A stretch of 64,000 bases of DNA from Antedon mediterranea. Its lineage: Eukaryota; Animalia; Echinodermata. A program made the translations under genes and the position numbers. Below, piece after piece: positions 1 to 26,901 of this stretch. Where the stretch lies: contig NC_092676.1 in NCBI RefSeq assembly GCF_964355755.1, positions 24,012,871 to 24,076,870 of the forward strand. The letters run 5' to 3'. The notes beneath the pieces were generated by a model. The model was not told where the DNA came from and made no database searches. It was given only the letters and a program-made list of their open reading frames with translations. Positions within the stretch are counted from its first letter, which is position 1, and each line of letters opens with the position of its first letter.

Positions 1-1862
1 TCTCATTAATCAAATATTGTATGAATTAGATAAGAAACACACCCCCTTTGGCGCACGACCTTTATGATGGCCGTTTATCAGAAAAGGAGATAAAAATAAA
101 TACAAGTCATGTTTATGGAACGCTACAGCACTCTCATCAATTATTGTATAATTTCAATTTATGCCTACTTCATTAACCATATAAATAATTATTCGCACGA
201 CCAGGGAAGAGTGAGTCATTTCACTTTACCCTGCACGACCGACAAAATACTAATGTTGGTCAAGACATCTATTCACACTAATAATAGACAATTTGTAAAT
301 GTAATGTATGCATTTAAATAATAGTCCCCAAACTGACAAGCACTCGCTTCTTTTTGGTGTACTGTTGGATGTAAAATTGTAAATTGTAAAAATTGAAATT
401 GTAAATTGTAATTGTGAATTAAAAACTATTTGGAATTTAATTATTTGATAACCGAGTTTAATGTCATTGGTCAAAACATCTGTTCACATTATAGACAATT
501 TAATCATTTGATAACCGAGTTTAAATGTTATTTTGTTTCATTGTTTATTTATCTCACAGGTGTGGACATGGAAAAAAACTAGATAAGATTTAATTTATGA
601 ACCCATAAACCAAAGCTCAATGATAAACTTGTGTGAACGAGACTTGTCGATCGATTTTTGCTGACGCACAGTTTGACCATCGCGTATTCAGTCGTCTGGC
701 CTTAACCTTGGAGGTGATGTGCGTTTGATCATAATATCTCTATGGTTTGAGAAACTGGCCGTGAAACATGCGCAATGTGAACACAGTTTAGAAAAGGTGT
801 ATTTGGATGACGTTTGTGTAAATTTAGTTCCGGTCCATTGTACAATGTGATTGTGAAATGTTTCTTGTGGGAATCGATTATGATCTGAAGCCTGACGTTG
901 TTCGTGTTTTATGTCACGTAAACGTGATCTGTATGAATCAATAGAAAATCATTAATATAGGCCTACAGTAAGTTTTAATAGGCCTTGGTGTTAACTAATT
1001 ATAAACATTATTTGTCTATGAAGAAGAATCGATCGTTATTTTGTTCCGGGTCACGTTTGAGTTTATATAAGACTAGTACGTCCGTCAGACATTGTATTAA
1101 GTCACAAAAACATATGTTTTATTTGAATTGAAGGAATTACGTAGCCTACACAATACCATTGTGTATAGAAACTAGGTCAATAGCCTAATGGTTAAGATAC
1201 GATTAGGTTGGTAAGAAAGATTCGCGTCAAATCCATAAAGACGTACAATTAAAAATGACAAGCGGCGTACAAAGCGCTCTGCGGATTTCCATTCGTAAAT
1301 CCCGGCGCACACTATATACTATCGGCTGAGCCAACTAGGCTGGCACGAGTAACACGTTTGCTCACTAATAAAATTGCCGCAAACTGTGATCGCGTTCTCT
1401 AATTTCTCGATTCTCTGTAATACAGCGTCATATGTATCACATGCGGGGCTTGTATGATGTTAGGCCCCCGTGTATGGCTTGTGATAGCATACAGGCTGGG
1501 GTGTCACACACACATAAACAAACGTCACATGTGACACTCTATTTTTGGGCAAAATTATTGATAAAATACCGATAATCGACTACATTTGGCATATACAGCA
1601 CAATATTCGATCCTACGCATGAATAATTACCATTGTATGTAAATTAGACTGAACAATTGTAATCACCCAACAGGCTCACTGGTATTAAGTAAACAACATT
1701 GTTTTCTCAGATTCTCTTTCAAGGAAATGACCGACAAAGTTTAATCACTTTGTTTATATTATTGTTTTATGTGTTTTTATCGGAGTATTTCAAATTAAAA
1801 AGAATTTAATTTTAGTTAAGTTTCCCAAAATATATCGTTTTTATGGATTCCAGAATATATTA

Positions 1863-2020
1863 GGCTCTGTCTACACTATCAAACTTTATGTGACACCAAA
1901 ATGTGATTTGCCCATATACAGTATGGACACGATGACGTCATATCACTACCATATTTGGGCATATCACTACCATATTTGGGAACATCACATTTGTTGACAA
2001 ACTAGTATAGTGTAGACTGA
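1863..2020. mobile_element. PIF/Harbinger-type MITE family 1 copy
   Basis: TIR AGCTCTGTCTACACTATCAAAC, internal 21-bp CATATCACTACCATATTTGGG repeats. The right end is degraded. Confidence 0.8.
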
Positions 2021-2739
2021 AAGGCACATCATCATTGAAAACCCCATATAAATGTTTTAATTTGGAGCTGAACCACAGTTTAGAAAAGAGGATCAGGTTA
2101 TTTTTTTTCCGAATGCCACAAGAAAGAAAAAACGTTCTAATTTTAACGGAATTTCTCAACCCGCCGTGACCATGCACTATTTTAAAAACGCATTGAACGC
2201 GTTTCTATCAAATACATTTTCTAGCGTGGTGCAACATGCGAGTAGGCCTACGTCATAGTAAATACGTGTATTACGTAACTCCCTACAAGTAGTATAACAA
2301 GAGGCTTGTGTATCATTATCACGCTAATTGTTATACACAGATGTTTGCCGTAAGATTACGTAGCATGAACATGTGTTTTTAACATTTTTTTTCATTTTAA
2401 ACCAAATAAAATGCCTTAAAAGTGAATATGATTTAAGCAAGTCTTCTGTGTTTCATCATATTTCTATTTTCGCTTTCAATTAATGAACTTTAGGCTTACA
2501 AAATATAACAGTATCGTACGATATAGGCCTAAAAGAAACGATAAACTGCCGCTGCGCGTAGTTAGAAAAATATGATTTCGTAATGCAATTTCCTACACCC
2601 ACGGATGCGGTTATATAACAATTGGACTGTTGTAATTGAATTGTTAAAACAAACATTTTTTGTATGAATATGAAGTATGAATAAATATGCCTCAAATGAG
2701 GGGTCCTAACTGTATGTAAATGTATTGAATTCATTTCCA

Positions 2740-3060
2740 CGTCTGTTCAATAACTTGCCTCCTAATGTTAAAGATAGTATATAGTTTTTTCCCTGTCATC
2801 ATTCATATATTCACTTAAGAAAAACTTGCTTCAAATACTTGTTTGAACTCATCGAAATGTGAAATGTTATTTTAAACTGTTGTATATATTTGTGTTACTT
2901 TTTCTGAATTTAAGTGTATTTCATTTCTACACTTTAGGGGGTCGGAGAGTCACTCGATAGTGTTTTGTTTCACTTTTTGACAATCCCGTCTACCCCCTAA
3001 AGTGCTCTGTACCTTGTGATTTTTATTATTTATAAAGACAAAATAAATTAAATGAAATAA
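2740..3060 (+). mobile_element. Possible 3' fragment of a CR1/Crack-group LINE
   Basis: Remnant LFNNLPPNVKDS, a 3' stem CACTTTAGGGGG...CCCCCTAAAGTG, then an AATAAA-type tail. Confidence 0.35.
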
Positions 3061-3412
3061 TTTCTTCTTTTATTAACAATACATTTATATTATTTGTAAA
3101 ACTATAATGTCATCGTATTTTATTTAGTTAAACCAAAATGTCGGTATTCTTAAAACGAACTTATGTAGGCCTATTTCAAACTTCGACTTCAAAAAGTGCT
3201 AGTTTTGAACTTACTTCAAATCTGCTTCATTTCAGTTCATAGAAGTAGTTTTCAGTTCGAATGAATGAAGTCGGGGTTTTATTTTTGAGTGCCGATCGAT
3301 ATTAATTGGTCATGGTTCAATAACGGTAGGCCTACACCGTCCGTTCACAAAACAAAAGTATAATAGCCTGGCCCTAAAATTAATGACCGATAATAAATCA
3401 ATCAAGAGCTCT

Positions 3413-3511
3413 GATATTTTTGGCTTTCATATTTTGAGCTTTGATATTTTGAGCTTTCATATTTTGAGCTTTCATATTTTGAGCTTTCATATTTTGAGCT
3501 TTGATATTTTG
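3413..3511 (+). repeat. 15-bp minisatellite (ATATTTTGAGCTTTC/G)n, about 6.5 units
   Basis: Directly visible. It explains the ILSFH repeats in the ORF track. Confidence 0.88.
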
Positions 3512-3651
3512 TTGACCATCGCCACATTTAGAAAGGTTTGTAAACAGGTGTGGACCATGAATAACATAGGCCTATAATCCGGGACCTTGGAGCATGTCAA
3601 GCCCGATGTCGAGTCCTTGCTTAAAATCTCAACTAATTTTTCTATGCTTAC

Positions 3652-3765
3652 AGCTCTGTCAACAAAATATGATGTGCCCATTCTGGACATGATGATGTCA
3701 TACCACTAACTGTACCATATTTGGTCACATCACACTTTTAAAAGTTTGATAGTGTATACAGAGCT
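3652..3765. mobile_element. Harbinger-type MITE family 1 copy (internally deleted)
   Basis: Same core sequence and right TIR ...GATAGTGTATACAGAGCT|TTA. Confidence 0.75.
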
Positions 3766-6186
3766 TTAGCAAAAAATAAATACAGTGTTGACCATAGCTC
3801 GACGCTTGTTTGTAAAAGTATGTTGAAGGACAATCCGCAAGTCCGATCTTTTATCTTTTATTCCAAGGCCAAAATAATCAAAAAAATTGTCAGCGCTAAT
3901 TAACAGTCCCTTTGTTGAAACATAACTCTCTGGTGAAGGTTATAGTAGGCCTATTAATAAAACACGTTGTACCGGTACGTGTAATGAAATTATGAATAAA
4001 GATTGTAAGCATAAAGGCTACCTGATTATGTTAATGATGTCTTTATAATTCATAGTATAGCATAGCATAGTGTATAGTTTTTTGTTGTTTTTTTTTTGTA
4101 TCAGTTGATCTTAAAATGCCTTGTCATTCATTTATTTCTTATGTTTAACTATAATTTGTTAATTTTGGTAATTTGTTAATTTTGCAAATGTAATTTCTGT
4201 TCATTTTAGGCCTTTATTTTTATATCTGTATTTTGTATCATCATTGTAAACGACATTTAACTGCTGCATGGAGACTTTAAATTTATATTTACAAAACTTT
4301 CAAAAAAATTAAATCAGGATTATAATTTAAGGTAAAATGGTTAATAAAACAAAGTTAAGTATTGCTCTTTAGTTTCTTTTGTACAACCCGTTTCCTTATA
4401 ATTGTTTATTTTTCCTTTTTATTTTCTATTTATACTTTTATTTAGCCTTCAGGCTAACATAATGTATGTATATATGTATGTAAGAACGTGTGCCACCGAT
4501 TTAAAGGCGTATGTTCAATTAAAAGTATTATTATTATAATTCCATAATGTCCATAGGCGAAACCCGACACTGTACCGTGAGTGTGTGACCGTTTAGTGAG
4601 TATTATGAAGCATGGAGGACAAAATAATATGTTTTTCATTCATGCCTAAGCAATCACGAATTAGACAGAGTTGAGAAATTTATTTCTTTTGTCGTTCACC
4701 ACCACCTTTATTCATTCAATGTTTTATTTTTATTCATTTCTACACATTTTCTACTTTTTTTCATTATTTTCAGTTTTTTCCCTCATTAATAATATCATAA
4801 TTTTAACCTTTAGTATCATACCATTAGTAAACATTAGCATTCAGTTAGTATTTAGTTTCCTGAATTGCTAAACATTAATAGAATTTACAAAGTATTTACT
4901 TCTCAACATTCATTTTTTGTTAAATCCTCTATTTACCACACCAATAATTCAAATTTCTGAGAATTATGTTTACTTTTAATAGGTTCATATTAATACAATA
5001 GACCCAAACCCTCGAATCCACCAGACATTGTGGTTATATTTTGTGTATAATATTACTCTTTAAACGGAACTTCTTGTGTAGACCTATATTGCGTAATTTC
5101 CCTATTTCAAACAGATACTGATTTATGCGTTATCATGGCTGCCGATTTTTATCTCGATAGAATGGAATATCTTTCGATAATACAAGCATTATCTAGGTAT
5201 GGCTGAAATTAAATACTTTAATACCACCAGTGTATTGTGACATTTATTTATTGATTAGCGGATAATAAAATATCCATAATTCAAGTCTATAAAATGCGAA
5301 AACTAATTATTTAATACCATTTTGTTGTGAAATTTTATTCGTTTCCATGTTTTTATTAGTAGATATTTTTGTGTGTAAAATTATGCTCCGAGTTTATGTT
5401 AAATAAATTATCATATGGCTTATGATATCATTAATGAAAAGGTTTAGAATAGACCTAGAATTATCAGTCTACAAAATGACAACCTATAAAATTGCTAATA
5501 TTATAGGCCGGCCATTATCTTGGTAGGGCATAGTATCTTTATTAGCAAAACCATCTAAACTCATGTTCAGTTATGCGAATTGATATGATTTTTATTAGGC
5601 CTAACTGTCTAAATATCAAGTTTATTAATTGCAGTTTTATATACATGTTGTGTACAAAAAGTAAGTTACATTACAGAAAAATGGTTGTATTTCTTCAACA
5701 CATGGTTACACACTGAAAAGAAAACTCGAACCATGAAAACAAAAGTGTTAATAACATGTAATGTATATGGCGTGGTAAAACTACAAACGAAATGATAAAA
5801 CTCCACGTTATAAGTTAATAGTAATACTTAGTAAAGAGATCAATAATGTGACTAATGGCCTAACTGTGTAACATGGGGGAAATAGAGCTGTATTGGTGTT
5901 TACTTTAACTCTATTGTTCGTAGTTTGTTGTCATAAACATCACAAAGGGAAAACTGAATGGTTATTGTTGGACGTCATGTCTTTATACGGTCTATCTATG
6001 TATTGTGCAATAGTAAATATAGGATATATCTTGGTAGGATACTACAGTAATGGAGTATTAGGGCATATTATGATAAACAACGACCGTTTGCCAGTCGAAG
6101 GTCCACCAACCAACCCATTGTAAAACACACACATTCATTAGCTAGGCCTTGCTTACTTAGACAGCGCCTCTCTAAGGCCTTCTTAC

Positions 6187-6346
6187 CTGCCGTTGTTAAA
6201 TTAGCACCTTCTAACTCCGTCAAAATTTGAATCAATAAGACGCCGAAGCAGTTTAATATTCCAAATACTGTCCCATTTGTCCATGTAGATGCCAAGCACA
6301 CTATCCATCCCCACCCTCCCTCGGGAGGTTGGAATTCAGCGCTCAT
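6187..6346 (-). CDS. Monocarboxylate/aromatic amino acid transporter (SLC16 family, MCT10/MCT8-like), first coding exon; the rest lies beyond the window start
   Basis: MSAEFQPPEGGWGWIVCLASTWTNGTVFGILNCFGVL carries the SLC16 TM1 signature (P[DE]GGWGW). The exon ends at a phase-1 donor GCAG|GTAAGA (6187/6186). No second exon was recognised in 1-6186. Confidence 0.88.
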
Positions 6347-6996
6347 CTTCGAAACACACCAGCTACAAAATGAAGAGACTCGAATGACCGGAATGAATGA
6401 TCAGCTGGAAGTATTACGTAATAATAACATGAAGCGATCCGATTGGCTAAGCAGAGCTAGCCTACTAAATCTTCATTGATTGATGGTATAACGGTGAAGA
6501 AGATGAATAAGTCGGCTAGGAATTAATGGTTTTAAGTGTAGAATTGTTTTATAGAATTATTCTATAATAACACCTCTACTCACCAATCACACCAGCCTCC
6601 TGCCACCACCAGACAGCCACCACCACCACACAACGGACGTACGCTCAACACCTTTAATTTTCAACAGATTTCAAATACGCACAAAACAAAAGTCTACCAC
6701 CCTCCGCCGCCGCCGCCGCACAGCGCAGCGCGCGTATTAAATCATGGAGTAAAGAATATTCTTTACTCCATGGTGGTATAAGACAAGCGCGTAGCATTCT
6801 TAAAATGCAGATTACGCAATAATGGGAGGAGAAAAAAAAGGTAATTTGTTAAAACAACATTCCTAACCAAGCATCAAGTGGTTAATTAAATCTACAATGC
6901 TTGGTCAACCAAGGATATATATAAAATTGTCTTCTTCACGCATGAAAAAGAAATAACTCCACATGGTCACGCTATGAAATTAGACTAATTTTCCAT

Positions 6997-7160
6997 TTCT
7001 GTCTACACTATCAAACTAGTTTGACACAAAAAAACGGTGTGATGTGCCCAAATATAGCAGTGATATCCCCAAATATGGTAGTGATATGACATGATCATGT
7101 CCATGTATGGGCACATCACATTTTTTTTGTCACATAAAATTCAATAGTGTAGACAGAGCT
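6997..7160. mobile_element. Harbinger-type MITE family 1 copy
   Basis: Both TIRs and the core are present, in reverse orientation. Confidence 0.8.
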
Positions 7161-7833
7161 TAAGTTAAATTCCTTCTCCAAGGATGAACCAAGGCAATCT
7201 AACAACAGGACATTGAGCTCGCCTTGCCAAAATAGGAACTCGTACAGTCCTTTGATCTTATGTCTAGCTGCGACAAATACGAACAGTATTGTAGGCCTAC
7301 TATACATTCCTCCGGAGCGTGGTATATGTTAAGGGCGTGGAACTGATCGTGTGTCAGCCACGGATAAACTTGGTTTGAGGTGATGGGAGAAATATATTCC
7401 CTTAATATGCCTATATCTACGGATGTTATTTTAAAAGTGGTTTTCGCAATGCTAAGCCGTGCCCCGGCCGTACCTGAATACCAGCAAGTTTTTTTTTTCA
7501 TTTTTCACAACAGTTTCGTAATGACATGGCACCGACTAATGTACTGTGTATATGTATTGTGAAATGAATGGCATAATACAGGTGTCCTTGTTTACTTATT
7601 GCATAATGTAACTGCAACCACAACAAGTTGATTATTAACTAAACAATTTATAAGGATGAATATTTTTACTGATGTTTTTGTTTGAGAGATATTATTTACA
7701 GGGTTAGGGTTGAAAGTGAAACTCATGTGTTATGGATGGATATGTTACTGTCGCTTGGCATAAAACAGCCCCGCCGTTCATCGTCTCCAGACACGACAAA
7801 GTACGCAAATCGAGTGATGATGATTACGATTAA

Positions 7834-8094
7834 AGCTCTGTCAATCACTATCAAACTAGTTTTACAAAAAAAATGTGATTACAGTATGAAACGATTACTT
7901 CATATCACTACCATATATGGGCACATCACACTTTTTTTTGTCAAACTAGCTTGATAGTGTAGAGACAGAGCTTAAAGCTCTGTCTACACTATCAAACTTT
8001 ATGTGACAAGAAAATGTGCCCATATGTGGACATGATGTCATACCACTACCATATTTGATCATATCACTACCATATTTGGGCACATCACAGAGCT
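7834..8094. mobile_element. Two adjacent Harbinger-type MITE family 1 copies sharing one TAA
   Basis: ...CAGAGCT|TAA|AGCTCTG... at 7973-7975. Confidence 0.8.
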
Positions 8095-8885
8095 TAAGAC
8101 ACGTCAGTTGTGAAATTCGACACAAAAACAAACTTGAAAATATTATCATTTTATTGGATACGCTGTTTTACAACATTATTAATAATCAACATTTTAAAAA
8201 TGTGTTATATCATACTATACAGGATTGTGTTTAAAAACATTTTTTTTTAATTATTAAAGTGAATTGAATAAAACGAAAAGAAAATTTGTTCCGATTAAGA
8301 CAAGTTGTAATAGTTTCGTCATAATTAATACATTATATACATCATCAACTATTTGAATTTATGTAGCAACAAAAAAATACACATTAAAGAAAGCATATAC
8401 TGGCCGTGTTTAATAATTGTTTAAATATCTCCAATTAATTAAGCCAAAGTCCCCAGTCTCTTCCAAATACACCTTCCACAAGGCAATAGTGAATGTCCAT
8501 CCCATAATCAAATCTAAACCAACGAAACTAACTCCAATTGATTTGTTTTAAAAGAAATGTCTCAATTCATTTAGTAATACCAGATGAACATTTACAATCA
8601 TAACATTAAACCCCCTTGCTACCAGCTCAATTGCAATTATGGAAAAATTCAAAATCTAAGTTATATAACAATATTTTAAGAAAAGCTGTTTTTAATTAGA
8701 GGAAGAAATGCATATTAAAAGCTCTGTCTAAACTATCAAACATTTCGTTTATTGGTCTTGCGTGACAAGAAATCTCTTCTTGCAAGATCCTCTATTAATG
8801 GTATTTTTGTATTGTCTCATTATAAATGACCACTTTTTGTTATTGTATTGCTTTTACCATTGATAGAAACTAATAAATGTTGAAT

Positions 8886-9061
8886 CAGGGAAAAATTTCA
8901 TTTTAAAATTTTGTTTAGCAATTATTGCTAATCAAACTGATTTTTTAGTCGAGAAACATAGTTTTGTATTGTATTTTTTGCTACACAATTTTAGAAATGT
9001 GTAGCAATAAGGTTGTTTTGTATAGCTTTTTGCTATGCTACACTGGCGAAATTATTCCCTG
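8886..9061. mobile_element. Short CAGGG-ended MITE with a 5-bp target duplication (hAT5-like); relatives near 44357-44540 and 63910-64000
   Basis: TGAAT|CAGGGAAAAATTTC ... GAAATTATTCCCTG|TGAAT. The internal sequence is nearly identical to the reverse complement of 63910-64000. Confidence 0.65.
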
Positions 9062-11016
9062 TGAATTATGCTGTGTTATCATGTCCATGTATGGGCACAT
9101 AAAGTTTGATACTGTGGACAGAACTTAACTGGATTATAATATCTGAAAGCAACGGCACTTTTTTTAAAATCACGGTGGGTGAATTTAGAAGACAATTGAT
9201 AGTATTTTTAGTATATCTGTGCTGCACCTTTTTTTTTATCATTTAAAATTCTTAAGAAAATATTAATAGCATATTTACGGGACTGGATACGTGAGTGAGT
9301 ATGGTACGGTAATTATGCCAAGATGAAGCACACAAGCTTAATATACTTATGAAAAGAAGAAAAAATGATTAATCAACCTATACAAAAAAAACATTACAAA
9401 TTTGCTAATCAGTAAATTCAATCATTTAATTCTTGTGACAGAAATGTCACTAGTGTTAAAACACTTTTTATCTTATTGGAAAATGTAAAAAAAAAAGGAA
9501 ATAAATAGTATTTTCAAATCATATCATAATATAATACTGTAGGTAAAATATATCTATGTTTTAACAATAATTCTTTAACATGTACTTAACATGGTAAGAA
9601 AAAGTTTCTAATAAAAAGTTTTTAAAATTATAAACAAATTTGGTCATTATCAACATAACAAAAAATTATACAAATTTGGCCAAAACATAAATCACATTAA
9701 AAATGTAAAAACTCAGAATGAAGTGAAATACATACAGTTTCTAATTGAAAAAGATACAACACACACACTTTGTTTAAAAAACTTACAATCTATTTAAAAA
9801 GCACACATCAATAGATGTACAAGGCTAGATCACCCTAAAAAATATTATATACATACCCATAGAGGCTATATTACCATGTACTGTATAATTGTAAAATTTA
9901 TTAAAAGCAATATACACCCAACACATCCCTGCACAACACACCCCTGCCAAAAAAAAAAACCTACCCAAACCCATCTGTAATATTAAATGAATGAATGAAT
10001 TTAATAAAGTTATGAATTTATGTTTTATTTTGTAAGATTTATTAATATACACCCAACTCACTCCTGCACAACACACCCCTACCCCATCCACACCCAACCC
10101 CACATCATTCTATCTGTACCTTCATTACGAATGAATTGAATAAAATGATGAATCTATGTTTTATTAACCCTGTATAACATAAATGTAGGATTTTACATCA
10201 TTTCTACAGCAAATTTAATTACAAAATAATCACATGGGCTTTTAATTGAGGTGTTATAACATAAAATATGCTATATGAGTGTGTACATAGGAAATGTGCT
10301 AGGTTCATAATTTGATTTAATTTTTTTTCATTATTCGAGGATTTTTTTAAATATTTTTTTACAAGCGGACGTAAAATGAATAACATGAATCACACACTTC
10401 TAGTTTCATATTAATATGTAACTAAAAATAATCTTAGAAAAGGTCAGTAATAATGAAATTGTTAAAACAATGGACAAATATCCTACACTTGGGAATCATG
10501 AAACCTGGTCATGTGATATAAACCCAATAATTTGAAACAATTTGATTAATATAAAAATGAAAATTTAGGAACTTTTATCAACAAACATTTTTTGGAAATT
10601 TTAATATGAACAAATTTTAATAGGCTTTATTGCCATGTCTGGTATTTTTTTTATAATTAAGATTTACAAATTTACTGTTTTACAGTAATTAATTATTAAA
10701 ACAGGTTTCAAAAACCAAAAATTTGACATGTAAATATTGATAGAATCAATTTTACCAGTGTTTGATTTCCGTTTACATTTTTTATATTTAAGAAGGTGCT
10801 ACAGATCTATGTTAAAGAGAATAACTCTATCATATACTGTAACGTAACGCAGATCATATTTAATGATCAAATTTTAAATATAATTATAAATTCAATGTTA
10901 TGTATCAATTTCAAAACTGCGCAATGAAAAAAAATTGCGATAAAGCAAAAAGGGAACAACATTGTTCCCCCACGCTGTCTCCATCCCCCAATGCTACGCT
11001 ACCTTATTTTGATTTC

Positions 11017-23352
<12,336 letters not shown>

Positions 23353-24599
23353 GTTTGACTGACTAAGTAAATTAGACAACTTCTATTACCTCATTGTTTA
23401 ACCCACAGTCTGAAACAAATTAAAAATTTATTTTTTTTTATTGAAAAACATACTGTATTTATACAGGATTTAAAAAAAACATAAAGACTTATCTGGTATA
23501 GATATTGCACCTGTTTTACAGATAAATAATTACATTGTATTTCTTGAGTTATTTCTTTAAGAAATAATTCTAAATTACTGTAGTAAATTTGGATTACACA
23601 TTTCACTTAAAAAATCAGTAAAAAAGTAAAGTCACGAATAAAAGTTAAAATTATTAATTTAAAACTCATACTTGAATAGTATTGGTTGGTAGCTAGGGGC
23701 AACTGAAGGCGGAGGGGGGCATCTAATCAATAACTAAAAAACAAGTCTAAACATTGTTTGATACATTATACTGTGAGTATTATATTAAGAACAAATCTTA
23801 TTTTTTGGATATATTCGTTTTAGCAAAACACAATAAAAAGCACTAGGGAGAGACAAGAGCTGTCAATTATCAGCAACTGGGGTGTCTTTGATTCTATAAC
23901 AATTTACAATGTTATTAAAAACAAATTTGTTTTAAAAATGATGTGGTGATTACTCTGAATAAAAAAAGTAACCATTGAACCGCAATTTCCGACTTCTTTC
24001 ACAATATTTGTTAATGTTAGACTGAATGAATAAACATGGATACAAATAATCATCATTAAGACTTTGGTTGATAAATTAAAAACATCAATAAAATACAGAA
24101 CTACAGAACTACAGGTAGGGTAGGCCTCCATGAGTCTATTTATACTATTAGTCTATTACTAATCATAAATTAGTCAAGAAGTAGTACAACAAGGTTAGAT
24201 GGTACTGTAGAAGCCTAAAACTAGAGGACACACACTGCACTAAATCTAGACCTAGCTTCATAATTATTAATATTTACTATCCGTGTCTTTTTTAAAAAGA
24301 CCATAAGGGAGATTTAGCCCTTACACATCATCTGTTTTGCTGTTGAGCCTAGAGCAGGAGGCGAGGCCACACCGATACGCCTACACTCCACTCCACTTGC
24401 TAGGCTTGACTGATGTTGACAGATCAACAAACACACATGCAGAGTGTATCATGATTTATACGAGATAATGATTAACTAACTAATTTCAAACATTCTAACT
24501 AATTAAGTATATTAATAAATGTATGCTATTCTATATAATATTACAAATACATCAGCATTATACTGTTAAAATAACAAGATAAACGTTCTCACAATTTTC

Positions 24600-24894
24600 G
24601 TTACCTACCGTTTTCACGCTCTCTTGATTTTCCGATCTCCGATGTTTTTATTTTCTTAATTGCCGCCCTCTATTTATCCAACAAGCGCCATCATCAAAAA
24701 AGTCATAAAACTTTATATTATTGGAACCATTTACTGCATATTTTTCTTTTTTATATATATAAATTAATTAACATTTAAAACATAAATTTACCACTAAATA
24801 ATTTAGGATTATTATTTTAATTTATTTTACTCAATTGAAATGAATATAGATATTACAATAATACTATCTGTAATTTTTGTAGGAAGAAACAAAA
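24600..24894. promoter_or_regulatory. Probable bidirectional promoter between Scm and NDUFB4
   Basis: Head-to-head genes, a local CpG cluster, a minus-strand donor-like site near 24604-24610 (putative non-coding Scm exon 1) and a TGCCGCCCTCT motif at 24661. Confidence 0.5.
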
Positions 24895-26220
24895 ATGGAT
24901 GCCTTCAGAGGAGTACCAGCCGAAGAAAAGGCAGCTGAATTAGAACGAGCTGCCTTACGAGATGTTTACAGGAGAGAATATCAACGAAATATTCAAAATC
25001 CAAGTCATAAGGGTTATTTGGTAAATTTAAAAAATAGTTATAACCTTTAAAAGACCAGGTAATAAAGCCTGGCCCTTTTTAGGTAGGGTAGCCTAGGCCG
25101 CTTGCGGGAGGAGGTTTCACATTTAACCGGTAATCGTGTCAACAAAACCACGTTCTGTTTGGCTGCTGAGTAAACAACCCGGCGTACTACAATTCAGGGC
25201 TAGGCCTAGCCCTCTAGGACCTCCTACAAATGTAGAACCAGGGGTGTGTGGTGGAGAGGATTCAATCTAGGTGGACCATCCACAGGGTTTTATGATATAA
25301 AATAAAAGTAAAAAATAATTTATTTAAACAAAATAAGATTATTAATATTATTTATTATATTATTAATAATTTAAATTTCATGATTTGAATAATATAATAA
25401 AATCACTAAGAATTATTATATAGGCCTATCTCTCTATGTCTGTCCTGGTGCCTCCATGGTCGCCTGTCAGTTAGTATTTTATAATACCTCTATAGGAAGA
25501 CCATGTGTAAAAGTTTAATTGTGAGTGTGTATAGTTAGTACTCTCTGTAGTTTTGATCAAGAATAATATCTTTCTCACAGCTTGATCCTGCAGTCAAACG
25601 ATGGAACTATGCCCGGGTCAATTCATACATGTTCTACAGGGCAACAACAAAAACAACTTTATTGGGTATAGTTTTTGGACTCATCCCACCAGCTTTAATA
25701 ATGTATTATGTAACAACTGCAAAGGTAATTCAAATATTTTCTAGGTGCAGTAATAACAATTATTATACTACTTTATATACTGTACCAATAATTTATGTGC
25801 TAGTGGTAAAGTTAAACAGATTAAAACAATTGTTTTGGTTAAATATGCCATTTTTATTTTTAATGTTACATACAGTAATAGATATTCACTTTTTATAAAA
25901 AATTTGATTTAAAAAAACAGACCACGGGGGGTGATTTGTTGTTATAGTTAACAAGTTATTTGTTTATAAATGAAATATTTATCTTTCAAAAGTTCATTAT
26001 ATTTTGTGTTTATTTAGAACTTTTTTTTTTTTATTCATCTTTAGTTTTCATGTTTTGTGGGACAATAAGTATTTAAAAGAAATATTGAGAATTATTATGA
26101 ATAATGATCCAGGAAATTTAATTGATGAAAATCATAATTTTATGAATTTTGTTACAGACTAAGCGTGAAGCTGCCTATAAAGCAGGTACAGCAAAACCAC
26201 CACGTAACCTCAGATTGTAA
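24895..26220 (+). CDS. NDUFB4: NADH dehydrogenase (ubiquinone) 1 beta subcomplex subunit 4 (B15)
   Basis: Three phase-0 exons, 24895-25020, 25581-25724 and 26158-26220, give 110 aa: MDAFRGVPAEEKAAELERAALRDVYRREYQRNIQNPSHKGYL-LDPAVKRWNYARVNSYMFYRATTKTTLLGIVFGLIPPALIMYYVTTAK-TKREAAYKAG... This matches the NDUFB4 pattern (ER.A.R...kREY....nP......dPA..RW.YAR, single TM). Confidence 0.9.
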
Positions 26221-26780
26221 CTAAAGACTACATCCTAAAAACTTTAAATATATTGTGTGTTATATTAGTTATGGCGGCACGGATGTGGTGCTGTTTTTGT
26301 GTACTGAACAGTACAGTTACAAATATAATTCATTCAAACAGCTGTTAAAAATGTTGGAATACTGTGTAGTTTAACAGATGGAGAATTACCAATAGATATT
26401 AATGGAAGAAATTTAAAGTTGATTCAAAGAAGGAATGATTGATAATGTTTTGCAGTTTATACTATGGAATTTCGTTAACCACATGCAACAAAATACTGTC
26501 AAATTGATTATTTATTGAACAGAATTCACAACTAGGAATCAACATCAGGATTCATGATATTACCTTCTTTTGAATTAAAAATTATAATGAAAACACAAAC
26601 AATAGAGAGGAAGAGAATGTCCTACTTGCAACATTTTGGCAGGACTGACATCATTAAATTAAACCTGCAATGAAACAAACATTCAATACTGAAATTTGAT
26701 TGATTGATCTACAATAACATTTTCTCAATTTAAGTTTTGATGGAAAAATATCACAGTTTATATATAGCTTGATGGTTTAA

Positions 26781-26901
26781 AGCTCTATCTACACTATCAA
26801 ACTTTGTGTGATAAAAAAAATGTAATGTGCCCATATATGAACATGATGATGTCATATCACTACCATATTTGGTCACAAACTAGGTTGATAGTGTAGACTG
26901 A
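26781..26901. mobile_element. Harbinger-type MITE family 1 copy
   Basis: TIRs and core. Confidence 0.78.

Noticed and set aside
24870-24894. Acceptor-like TTTTTGTAG before the NDUFB4 ATG as evidence of trans-splicing
   Set aside because: Such motifs arise readily in AT-rich DNA, and an upstream cis exon cannot be excluded without transcript data.
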